From positions 1 through 64,000 of IMG/VR virus record IMGVR_UViG_2865859272_000007: DNA of 64,000 nucleotides; one strand, given 5' to 3'. The DNA comes from a virus. Its lineage: Duplodnaviria > Caudoviricetes. Numbering within the stretch: position 1 is the stretch's first letter; every line of letters starts with the position of its first letter. Shown here piece after piece: positions 35,367-44,140 of this stretch. The position numbers and the translations under genes are program-made. Below the pieces are notes generated by a model. The model was not told the DNA's origin, searched no databases, and saw only the letters and a program-made list of their open reading frames with translations.

Positions 35367-35981
35367 TCACTCATGCTGCTCACGCCCGTTCATCGGTCGG
35401 GTCCCAGTGCCGGCGAGATCTTCCACGCGGACAACCCACGTGACAGCCTGGACGGTTGAGGGGAGTTCTTCGAGCCGCATGGCGGCTTCCCGGTAGCAGT
35501 GCGCGATGAGTGCGTAGCGGCTCTTCGCCGAGAGGCCGCGTTCACGGTTGCCGTAGGTTTCGCCTACGGCAATGTCGTGCGCGTGCCGGTCAACGCACAC
35601 GGCCTCGGCATCCTCGGGGTCCAGGATGCAGCGGTAGAAGTTGCCGGTTTTGGCGTCCATCGGCAGAACTTCGGCGGGGTCGGTTCCGGCGAGGATTTTG
35701 GCGGCTTTGGCGAGCGCGTCGTGGACGTGCCCGTTGGGTTCGCCGTTCTCGAAGGTGGCGGCGGCGAGACGCTGGTTTTCGGGCCATGACTTGTTGGCGG
35801 ACAGGGCGGCGATCACTCCGGCACCGGCCATCACGTTGCCTTCGCTGATCATGTCTGCGAGCTGGTGTGCGGTGCGGTACCAGGCGCGGCCCCGGGCGAG
35901 TTGGTCCGGGGTGGCCTTGCGCCATTCGTTGATGATGTTCTGGACGAACTGTTCCCGCTCTTCGGCGGTGAGCGTCTTCAT
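35367..35981 (-). CDS. Conserved phage protein with possible HhH/glycosylase-like fold
   Basis: GRAWY...IAALS...W..N...KTGNFY...VCVDRHA...YREAA...VQAVTWV; ggagg RBS. Confidence 0.65.
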   Translation of the reverse strand: MKTLTAEEREQFVQNIINEWRKATPDQLARGRAWYRTAHQLADMISEGNVMAGAGVIAALSANKSWPENQRLAAATFENGEPNGHVHDALAKAAKILAGTDPAEVLPMDAKTGNFYRCILDPEDAEAVCVDRHAHDIAVGETYGNRERGLSAKSRYALIAHCYREAAMRLEELPSTVQAVTWVVRVEDLAGTGTRPMNGREQHE

Positions 35982-36088
35982 ATTGATCACGATACTCACC
36001 TCCGGGGGTGAAAGTCGGGCGGGTTGGTTGTTTGAGTGCCCGGTCACGCTGCGACGCGTGTACGGCTTGACCGCCGGGCCGGGATGTC

Positions 36089-36442
36089 TCACGGGTAGTT
36101 GTCGTAATGAGGATCGTCGGGTCCGTCGTGCTCTGCGTGAGCGGAGAGGATCTCGTCCGCAATCGCACCCTTCCCGAAGGCGCGGAAGAGTTCAGCGAGA
36201 GCATCGGCCTCGGCGCATTGCATGGTGCAGTCGTAGTCGTTGGGCAGAAACTGCGCGAGTTCCGCCCACGTGTCAACAAAGTTACGGGCGGCGGCGACGC
36301 GTGCGGCTGTTTCCTCCGCGTCGCGCCCCATGCCCTGGTCGTGGCAGTGCGCGCAGTACCCGTCTCCGGTGTAGTCGTCGCGTTCCTCGGGGGGTACGAA
36401 ATCGTCGCTGCACCCCTTGCAGCGAAGCCAGCCATCAAACAC
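36089..36442 (-). CDS. Hypothetical protein
   Basis: CKGC...CAHC and a helical C-terminus. Confidence 0.55.
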   Translation of the reverse strand: MFDGWLRCKGCSDDFVPPEERDDYTGDGYCAHCHDQGMGRDAEETAARVAAARNFVDTWAELAQFLPNDYDCTMQCAEADALAELFRAFGKGAIADEILSAHAEHDGPDDPHYDNYP

Positions 36443-36448
36443 GGCGGG

Positions 36449-36766
36449 TCACTCCCAGTCTCGTGCGTCAAGGATTATTTCTTCGGCGGTCACGATGAAG
36501 GCCCGGTCCGTGCCGACGAACCGGGCCTCGTAGATGCCGTCAACTACCTCGCTCCCCAAATCCACGGGTTCCCCGTTGTAGAGGAGTTCCGGCGGCGGGA
36601 ACTCTGGCTCAGCCAACAGAAGATCGTCCTGGCAGTACGGGCAGTTCTCGTAATCCGGATGATCCTCGTGGTAGGCATCGTGCCAGCGATCAATCATGCA
36701 TGTCATGTGCAGGGTGCTCCATCTCGTCATAAGCGGTTTCATCGTCCGCGTCCATCTCGGCTTCAC
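36449..36766 (-). CDS. Hypothetical protein (start uncertain)
   Basis: Acidic ORF, CPYC. Confidence 0.45.
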   Translation of the reverse strand: MKPRWTRTMKPLMTRWSTLHMTCMIDRWHDAYHEDHPDYENCPYCQDDLLLAEPEFPPPELLYNGEPVDLGSEVVDGIYEARFVGTDRAFIVTAEEIILDARDWE

Positions 36767-36829
36767 AGGCAGGGCACCCGTAGAGCGTTCCGGGCCAGTG
36801 CGGATAGTCGACGTGTTCCGAATCGGTCA

Positions 36830-37195
36830 TCACAGCCACTCGCTTTCACCGGTAGCGATGTTGAACACCGCCATTTCGCTCCGGGCGGTCGCCAGCGCAT
36901 ACGCGCTGCGTTCCGCCGGAACGTGGTCAACGACGTCCAGGTATGCGCGCCCGTTCTCAACCCACACTCCGAAGTAGCGCGCATTCGGGTGGGTACTCAC
37001 GAAACCGGCCACGTCATCCGGGGTGATCCGGGAAACAGCCTTGACGAGCGTCCAGGACTGCCCACCGACCCAATATCCAGTTTCAGGGAGGGGTTGGCGG
37101 TAGCTGTCCACAGTGGCCCCGTCGCTACCGGTCCGAATGGCTCGGTACAGGGCGGCTGTGGTGGCAGGGGCATCGGTGAGGGTGTTAGTGGCCAT
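36830..37195 (-). CDS. Conserved phage hypothetical protein
   Basis: GATVD...GYWVG...YFGVW...YLDVV...A...A....E.AVF. Confidence 0.65.
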   Translation of the reverse strand: MATNTLTDAPATTAALYRAIRTGSDGATVDSYRQPLPETGYWVGGQSWTLVKAVSRITPDDVAGFVSTHPNARYFGVWVENGRAYLDVVDHVPAERSAYALATARSEMAVFNIATGESEWL

Positions 37196-37234
37196 GACGG
37201 ATCGGGTCTTTCCGAGTGGGATGGATTGACGTGT

Positions 37235-37450
37235 TCAGCGGTCGAAAACGACGCGTGCGCCGTAGTCGTATGAGGTGAAGCTGCGACCCTCGCCGTTGCC
37301 TCGCGTAGGCGCGTCCCAACGGCACACTTCCTGCCCGCTGCCGTCCTCATGGAGGCACGCGGGAATGGGCGCCGGAGAGAAGTCGTGCACGCTGGCAACA
37401 CCGAACAGCGCAACGGCGCTTGCTGCTGCGGCGACAAGGATTCTGCGCAT
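37235..37450 (-). CDS. Small secreted protein
   Basis: Signal-like N-terminus; PAC..EDG....CRWDA...GNG.G.SF. Confidence 0.6.
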   Translation of the reverse strand: MRRILVAAAASAVALFGVASVHDFSPAPIPACLHEDGSGQEVCRWDAPTRGNGEGRSFTSYDYGARVVFDR

Positions 37451-37663
37451 GACGGACCACGCTTTCCGGGTGGGATGACTCTGTGAGGGTGGGAATGTGT
37501 TGCAGAGTCCGCTACGTAGCTCCGTTGGCCGGAGTCTGCGGATTGGTTACCGCCGGGTTATCCGAGTAGTCCCGAACGCGCTAGGCGCCTTGCTCAAGCG
37601 CCGTTATATGGCTTCCCTGCAACCCCCGGTGCTCCACACCTAGGGGACGCTCACACCATCAGT

Positions 37664-37727
37664 CCCCACGGTCCGAATCGAACGGACACCCCGTTTCCGA
37701 GAAACCGGGCGGGATCCTTTCGTGGGG
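37664..37727 (-). ncRNA. tRNA-like element (acceptor stem plus T arm, no canonical D/anticodon arms)
   Basis: Minus strand: ccccacg...gtccg-ttcgatt-cggac-cgtgggg-a. Confidence 0.5.
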
Positions 37728-38019
37728 GCGCTTTACACAAGGTGCGCGTCCTTTTCCCCTTCACCGGCCAGCTTTCCTAGTTCATGGAACGTCTGGGGCG
37801 ACTGCCAGGGTCGCCGCTTGCCTCACCGGGTGGGGAAACTCTATAGAGGTGTCAAGCTAGGTGGGGTCCCTATAAGCGACGCGCCCGGTATGTCGGGGTC
37901 CTTCTACAGGGATTCTCATGTGGTAGGTACTCTGCCCCTCTGGGGTTTTCCCTTATGCTTCTATTGTACCCACCACACCCCTTATCACAACCCTTTCCCG
38001 AAGAAATCCACTGAACATT

Positions 38020-38222
38020 CCTAGATTCTTCTACTCATTAGTAAGAACTCAATCACAACAACATCAACTCTCATTCATTCAACTTCAATGATCACATTCA
38101 CTACTGAATGATCAATTCATTCCCAACACCTCATCCATCCCAACATCACTAACCATCCTCACCACCATTACCCCTCCATACCCCACCCTCATCCATCCCT
38201 TGCCCACCCACCCCTATCCCAT
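38020..38222. repeat. Low-GC, almost G-free low-complexity tract
   Basis: A/C/T-rich, with tcatccatccc twice and multiple CCC runs. Confidence 0.7.
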
Positions 38223-38744
38223 AGGATGCAAGCCCTACGATGCACCGCATCGCCACTAAGAGCATTCAGCACAGCAACAGCTTTCCGCTTTCGAATCAAC
38301 TTTCACATTGAACACTTTCAACTCTTCGAAAGTCGCAAAGCTGATCAAGTCAACCGACGCTATGCATCCCACCTTCACATGAGCGCATCAACCCCCTCGC
38401 TTGGCCACCACTCAGGTAGTCCCTGCTGTACCCCAGTGGCCGTACCCCGCACTGCGGTACGCCCGGCATACACGGTGATAAGGCGTGCTACACGGTCCCC
38501 CATATCGGAGATATCCGCTCCGACGTAGCCCGACCCCCACGAACAAGGGACCAATCCGCACAACCGAGTTCGGATCGCCTCGCATCCGCCCCCACCACAA
38601 GTCAGGTAGCCACGACTCAGGTTGCCTTATCGCTGCGTGCGGATAGGCGCGTTCGCAGGTAGACCGGTTAGTTCCTTGCCCCCTAGGCCGGTGAGCGCAT
38701 ATCCATGCACCCGGTCGCTTCACAGGTATGCACGCGATATGCAG

Positions 38745-38830
38745 GCGAGCCCCCCGGGGGGTGGGGGTCCCGCCTTATTCACGCGCGCGCGGCTGACCCC
38801 GCCGTCGGCCGTTTTCTCTCTCTAGTGGAG
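38745..38830. other. Candidate packaging (cos/pac) region upstream of terminase
   Basis: gggggtgggggtccc...gacccc...ttttctctctc pattern typical of siphovirus DNA just upstream of terS; inference only. Confidence 0.35.
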
Positions 38831-39066
38831 ATTTCCGTTTGCTACCAGCAAGTAGCAATGGCTTGACCTGCGGCTTTGCCGTGCGCTCGGGCAGCCGGGG
38901 CAAGGGTGTCCTATGTGCCCATTAGGGGCGCCCAAAGTCGGCGTTCCGCCAGCCGGCTCGGGGTGGCGGCCGTTCGGTCGTCATGCATAAAGCTCTGCAT
39001 ACCTTTCCAGATTCGAGTGGGCAGGTATGTGCAGTTCTGGAAACTCATGCGTTCGGGGTGCTGCTC

Positions 39067-39345
39067 ATGAATTCTCGAACCGTCGAGGCGCATAAGCGTG
39101 TGAAGGTCAGGAAGAGGCAGAAGGCGTCTGGAAGACTCAGGATTCTCGTTCAGAATTCTCGAACCGGCGAGCGGCATGAACTCCAGGTGCCTCTGGCGTC
39201 TTCGAATAGCTGGCGCATCTCGGATTACGGACTTGAAAGCATCCTGGCCGCCGGCGCACGTTACTGGTCGCACGGGTGGGATATCGGGGAGATGCAAATC
39301 GTGTCGGTCGAGCGCGTCATAGAGGGCGCTGTTCCCGACGAGTAA
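39067..39345 (+). CDS. Hypothetical protein
   Basis: ORF immediately upstream of the tRNA and terS. Confidence 0.4.
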   Translation: MNSRTVEAHKRVKVRKRQKASGRLRILVQNSRTGERHELQVPLASSNSWRISDYGLESILAAGARYWSHGWDIGEMQIVSVERVIEGAVPDE

Positions 39346-39348
39346 GGC

Positions 39349-39422
39349 CGCGGGGTAGTTCAGCTCGGTAGAACGCCAGGGTCATGACCTGGATGCCGCC
39401 GGTTCAAATCCGGCCCCCGCTA
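39349..39422 (+). tRNA. tRNA-Met(CAT), initiator-like, atypical anticodon arm
   Basis: 5' CGCGGGG with C1:U72 mismatch; D gttc/gaac; ccagg-gtCATga-cctgg; T gccgg-ttcaaat-ccggc; CCA not encoded. Confidence 0.85.
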
Positions 39423-39446
39423 GACCTCAAGGAGGGGAGTGCGCCG

Positions 39447-39824
39447 ATGGCCGAATCGAATTTCCGTGAGGCCGTTCAGTCCGGTGATCGGCGCACAGAG
39501 CTCGAAGCGATCCGGGACTTCCTGGTCAACGAGCTGGAGGGCAACCGCTGCAAGACGTGCCTGGCTTCGAAGCTCCGGACGGGTGACACCGCGGCCCTGG
39601 TGCTGCGGCTGATGAAGGTGCTCGAAGAGCTGGCAGGTCTCCCGGCAGGTGATGCGGAGGTGTCGATCCTCGATGAGCTCCGAGCCCGCCGCGATAGGCA
39701 AGCAGACGCCCCGGATTCTCCACGTCCCCTCGGTTCCAAGAACGCGCAGCGCCGGCAAGGAGGCCGTCGAGCTGGCGGCCAGCGCCGGCCTGATTCTGGA
39801 TCCGTGGCAGGCGCTGGTTCTTGA
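39447..39824 (+). CDS. terS: Terminase small subunit (putative)
   Basis: GDRRTELEAIRD.L...AAL..RL..VL.EL...LDELRARR; overlaps terL. Confidence 0.7.
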   Translation: MAESNFREAVQSGDRRTELEAIRDFLVNELEGNRCKTCLASKLRTGDTAALVLRLMKVLEELAGLPAGDAEVSILDELRARRDRQADAPDSPRPLGSKNAQRRQGGRRAGGQRRPDSGSVAGAGS

Positions 39825-41178
39825 GCACGCCCTCGCGTTCCGCCCGGACGGCAGATGGGTCGCCAGGGAGGTCGGCGTCTGCGTAAGCCGACAGAACGGC
39901 AAGGGGTCGATCATCGAGGCCCTGGAGCTGTGGGGTCTCTTCGTCAACGAAGAGACGATCATGCACACGGCTCACGTGTTCAAGACCGCTGCCGAGGGCT
40001 TTCGCCGCGTCGAGGGCTTGATCCTCGGCACTCCCGAGCTCAAGGCGGAAGTCACCCGCATCGTGCGCGGCCACGGTGAGGAGTGCATCGAGCTGCGGTC
40101 CGGAGCGCGACTCCTCTTCGGTACCAGGAACGCCGGCAGCGCCCGCGGTCTCACCCTGGACCGGATCATCTGCGACGAGGCCATGTACCTCACCGAGGAC
40201 CAGACCGCTGCGCTGGCGCCGACGGTCATGGCGGTCCCCAATCCGCAGATCTGGTACCTCGGCAGCGCCGGCACCAAGGTGTCCACGCAGTTTGGCCGCG
40301 TTCGCCGCCGGGCCCTGAAGGGCGACGACCCGAGTCTGGTCTATGCGGAGTGGTCGATCGACGGCTGCGACGACTTCTGCCTACCCGATTGCGAGGAACA
40401 TGATCCGCACGACGCCGTGGAGTCGTATGCCAAGGCCAACCCCGGACTGGGTGTGCGTATATCGGTGGAGCAGGTTGAGTCGCTGCGGCGCTCGATGGGC
40501 CCGACGGTATTCGCGCGGGAGATTCTGAGCGTCGGCGATTGGCCGACCGACGCCGATGACGAGTGGCGCATCATCGGTCGCGAGCACTGGATGGCGCGGA
40601 CGGACGAGAACTCCGTTCTAGAAGACCCCTTCGTCCTTGGCGTAGACACCGCCCCCGACGGCTCGTACTCGTGCATCGTCGCGGCTGGCCGGAACGAAGA
40701 GGGCCAGCCGCATGTCGAGATCACCGGCGCTTCTTTGACGGATCCCCAGGCCGTGGACCACAGGCCCGATATTCGTTGGGTCGTCCCACGTGTCTTGGCG
40801 ATCTGGAAGGCGAACAAGCCGAAGGCCGTGGTCATCGACAAGGCCGGTCAGGCGGGGGCGTTTATCGAGCCCCTGGAGGCCGCTGGCGTCAAGGTGATTT
40901 CTCCGTTGACGCGCGAGTACGCGCAGGCATGCGGCGAGTTCTATTCGGCTGTCGTCCCGCGAGCGGGTAAGGAGCCGGACCTCGCGCACCTGGATCAGCC
41001 GCCCCTGACGAACGCGGTCGCTGGCGCCGAGAAGCGGGATCTCCACGACTCCTGGGCGTGGTCGAAGCGCAACTCCGCCACTGACATCACCCCCCTGGTC
41101 GCCGCGACGCTCGCGCTCTGGGGCGTCAAGAAATGCGGCTTGAAGAAGCGGGCACGAGCGAAGGCCATCTGGAGGTGA
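39673..41178 (+). CDS. terL: Terminase large subunit
   Basis: LDPWQ, VSRQNGKGS, HTAH, IICDEA, ANPGLG, LGVD, VVID, DITPLVAATLA. Confidence 0.95.
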   Translation: MSSEPAAIGKQTPRILHVPSVPRTRSAGKEAVELAASAGLILDPWQALVLEHALAFRPDGRWVAREVGVCVSRQNGKGSIIEALELWGLFVNEETIMHTAHVFKTAAEGFRRVEGLILGTPELKAEVTRIVRGHGEECIELRSGARLLFGTRNAGSARGLTLDRIICDEAMYLTEDQTAALAPTVMAVPNPQIWYLGSAGTKVSTQFGRVRRRALKGDDPSLVYAEWSIDGCDDFCLPDCEEHDPHDAVESYAKANPGLGVRISVEQVESLRRSMGPTVFAREILSVGDWPTDADDEWRIIGREHWMARTDENSVLEDPFVLGVDTAPDGSYSCIVAAGRNEEGQPHVEITGASLTDPQAVDHRPDIRWVVPRVLAIWKANKPKAVVIDKAGQAGAFIEPLEAAGVKVISPLTREYAQACGEFYSAVVPRAGKEPDLAHLDQPPLTNAVAGAEKRDLHDSWAWSKRNSATDITPLVAATLALWGVKKCGLKKRARAKAIWR

Positions 41179-41321
41179 GCGCCGTGGGAAAGATCGCGCG
41201 AGCTCTGCTCACCGGCCTCGCAGCCGTTCTGTACGCCGTCGGCTACGCCTCCCGGAAGGTGCGCAACGCACCCGCCTGGATCGCTGCCGCGTTCCGTCTC
41301 GGTTGGGAGGACGCGGCATGA
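41175..41321 (+). CDS. Small membrane-like protein between terL and portal
   Basis: ggagg RBS, coupled to both neighbours. Confidence 0.55.
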   Translation: MSAVGKIARALLTGLAAVLYAVGYASRKVRNAPAWIAAAFRLGWEDAA

Positions 41322-42901
41322 GTCTTCTCGACAGGGTCAAGGGCATACAGTCTCAGGGGCGGAAGGCGTGGTCCGAGCCCCCGTTCTGGTCGCTGGATCG
41401 GCTGCACTTCGTTGACGCCAATTTTGGCAACAAGGAAGTCATTGAGAACGACTTCGTCGGCTACATTCAGGGTGCTTTCAAGCGGAACGGCGCGGTCTTC
41501 GCCTGCATGTCTGCCCGGCAGATGGTGTTCGCTGAGGCCCGCTTCCTGTGGAGGCGGTTCAGCAACGGCCGGCCGGGCGATCTGTTCTTCTCGCAGGAGC
41601 TCACGCTGCTGGAGAACCCCTGGCCGGGCGGCACGACCAGCGACCTGCTGGCCAGGATGCTCCAGGACGCGGATCTCGCCGGCAACGCCTTCCTCACTAC
41701 GGTCGACGACCGCGGTCGGTACGGCCTGGCCTCCGAGGGCGGCCCCGGCCGGCGCATCGTGCGGATGCGCCCGGACTACGTCGAGCTCATCCTCGGCTCC
41801 CGCAGTGGTGATCTTCGAGCGCTCGACACGAAGGTCATCCTCTACCGCTACAAGCCGCCGGGCCAGGACAGCACGGCCGTGGATCTGCTGCCTGAAGAGG
41901 TAGCCCACTTCTCCCCGATACCCGACCCCGAAGTCCGCTTCCGCGGCATGAGCTGGCTCACGCCAGTGATTCGTGAGATCCAGGCGGACTCTGCTGCGAC
42001 GACGCACAAGAAGAACTTCTTCGAGAACGCCGCGGTGCCGAACCTGGCGGTCAAGTTCGATCGGGAGACCGAAGAGGACGAGGCCGAGGAGTTCATAGAG
42101 ACCTTCAATCAGGAGCACCGGGGCGCGCTCAACGCGTACAAGACCCTGTTCCTGATGGGCGGTGCCGATGTTACGCCGCTGACGGCGGACTTTCGGCAGT
42201 TGGAGTTCAGCCGCACGGTGGGTAAGGGCGAGTCGCGGATCGCTGCCGCGGCCGGCGTGCCGCCATCGTGGGTCGGGTTCTCGGAGGGCATGCAGGGTTC
42301 GGCTCTCAACGCGGGCAACTTCGCTGCGGCCAGGCGACGCTACGCGGATGCCACGATCCGGCCGCTGTGGGAGATGGTGGCGCCGGTTCTTCAGCGGCTG
42401 CTCAAGGCGCCGGCTGGCGCGTCGTTGTGGTACGACGACCGGGACATCTCCTTCCTGCGCGAGGACAGCAAGGACCGCGCAGAGATCTTCCGTACTGACG
42501 TGGCCTCGATCGCGTCCGGGATTATGGCGGGTTTTCAGACCGATGCGATGGTCAAGGCGGCGCGTGATCACGACGTGTCGGAGCTGCTGGGTCAGCACAC
42601 CGGTCTGGTGTCCGTGCAGATGCAGTCGACGGGCGTCCCGGACGAAGAGGTGGACAAGGCTCGCGTTGCCGCGGAGCTCATGGCGGCCCAGGCCGATGTC
42701 ATCGTCACGCTCGCCTGGCCGAAGGGGCCGTTCACCGAGGAGTCGGCTATCGCCGCCGTTCAGGCCGGCGATCTGAGTCTTCTCGTGGTGTCCGACAGGC
42801 CGCATCCGTCTGCGGCTCCGCCTGGTCCGCCGCCGTCCGACGACGGCGACGAGGTCGAGGCCGAGGACGACGAAGAAGAGCAAGAAGATCAACGTGAGTG
42901 A
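41318..42901 (+). CDS. Portal protein (HK97 family)
   Basis: NGAVFAC, LLENP, LAGNAF, GMSWL, FFENAAVP, IAAAAGVPP. Confidence 0.92.
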   Translation: MSLLDRVKGIQSQGRKAWSEPPFWSLDRLHFVDANFGNKEVIENDFVGYIQGAFKRNGAVFACMSARQMVFAEARFLWRRFSNGRPGDLFFSQELTLLENPWPGGTTSDLLARMLQDADLAGNAFLTTVDDRGRYGLASEGGPGRRIVRMRPDYVELILGSRSGDLRALDTKVILYRYKPPGQDSTAVDLLPEEVAHFSPIPDPEVRFRGMSWLTPVIREIQADSAATTHKKNFFENAAVPNLAVKFDRETEEDEAEEFIETFNQEHRGALNAYKTLFLMGGADVTPLTADFRQLEFSRTVGKGESRIAAAAGVPPSWVGFSEGMQGSALNAGNFAAARRRYADATIRPLWEMVAPVLQRLLKAPAGASLWYDDRDISFLREDSKDRAEIFRTDVASIASGIMAGFQTDAMVKAARDHDVSELLGQHTGLVSVQMQSTGVPDEEVDKARVAAELMAAQADVIVTLAWPKGPFTEESAIAAVQAGDLSLLVVSDRPHPSAAPPGPPPSDDGDEVEAEDDEEEQEDQRE

Positions 42902-42948
42902 CCCGCGCTCCAGCCTGACACCAACGACGAGCCGGGAGGCGGTCAGTC

Positions 42949-44094
42949 ATGCACAAGAAGGCGCTCCGGCGCGTTGAGATCAAGAATGCCGACAGGGGTG
43001 AGATCGCGGCCGTGTTCTCGACGTTCGACGTCGTCGACCACGACGGGGACGTGACACGGCGGTCGGCATTCCAGGATGGGGCTCCGGTCCTCATCTCGGC
43101 GTTCAATCACGCCAGTTGGGAAGGCGCGCTCCCGGTCGGCAAGGGCGTGATCCGAGTCACCGAGAAGGAAGCCGTCCTGGATGGTCAGTTCTTCATGAAC
43201 ACCACCCACGGGCGGGACACCTTCGAGACGGTCAAGGAGGCCGGGGAGCTTCAGGAGTTCTCCTACGGCTTCACGATCACGGATTCGGAGCCTGGCGAGG
43301 TCGAGGGCAAGAGCGTCCGCGTCATCAAGGGCGTCAAGGTGACCGAGGTGTCGCCGGTCCTCATGGGCGCTGGTATCGGGACCCGCACTCTGGCCCTGAA
43401 GGGCCACAAGCAGGACGGAAGCCTGATGGACGACGACGAGAAGAGCGCCGTGATCCCCGCCATCAGGCGCGCGATCCCGGCACACGAGACCGAGACCGTA
43501 ACCCGCTCCTGGAACTCGGCGGCCACGACGAAGGCCCTGCCGGAGCAGGCCCGCCCGTCGGAGCTGCGGACGGTGTACGCCTGGGTCGACCCGGACGGGG
43601 ACCCGGAGATGAAGTCCAGCTACCAGTTTCCGCACCACCACGGCGTGGGCGGGCCGGCCAACCTGCGCGCGTGCCTCCAGGGCATCGCGACGCTCAACGG
43701 CGCCAGCGGCGACCTCGGCATTCCCGAGGAAGACCGCGAAGCCGTGTACAAGCATCTGTCGGCGCATCTGCTCGACGCCGACAGGGAACCGCCCAAGCTG
43801 CGTACAGCTGAGGGCGCCAAGGGCAGGAAGAGGTTCAACGACGAGGCCATCGAGGTGATGGCCGGCGTCGCACACCTCATTGATCGCGCAACGGAAGTCG
43901 TGGCTCTCCGGGCGCAGAAGGGCCGGGGCATGTCTCCCGCCACCGCCGACCTCTTGTCGTGGCTTGAGGGCGATCTGGTGCGGCTGAAGTCCCTGCTGGA
44001 AACCCCCGTGGACGAGGACAAGCCGGATGAGCCGAGCGATGACGATATCGCTTCGACGGTCCTGGCGGCCCTCGCGCGGGTGAACGGACTGTAG
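42949..44094 (+). CDS. Prohead protease (HK97 family) with C-terminal extension
   Basis: FDVVDHDGD, H...PVG, EFSYGF, EVSPV..GA; extra FPHH...HLSAHL domain. Confidence 0.88.
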   Translation: MHKKALRRVEIKNADRGEIAAVFSTFDVVDHDGDVTRRSAFQDGAPVLISAFNHASWEGALPVGKGVIRVTEKEAVLDGQFFMNTTHGRDTFETVKEAGELQEFSYGFTITDSEPGEVEGKSVRVIKGVKVTEVSPVLMGAGIGTRTLALKGHKQDGSLMDDDEKSAVIPAIRRAIPAHETETVTRSWNSAATTKALPEQARPSELRTVYAWVDPDGDPEMKSSYQFPHHHGVGGPANLRACLQGIATLNGASGDLGIPEEDREAVYKHLSAHLLDADREPPKLRTAEGAKGRKRFNDEAIEVMAGVAHLIDRATEVVALRAQKGRGMSPATADLLSWLEGDLVRLKSLLETPVDEDKPDEPSDDDIASTVLAALARVNGL

Positions 44095-44140
44095 GCGAAT
44101 CGTTCCGCCTTCTCACAACTGAATATGGAGTGCCACGACG

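Noticed and set aside
513-38875. tgacctgcg at about 513, 690 and 38865 as att or end repeats
   Set aside because: Short GC-rich word, one copy lies in host DNA, and it shows no consistent junction geometry
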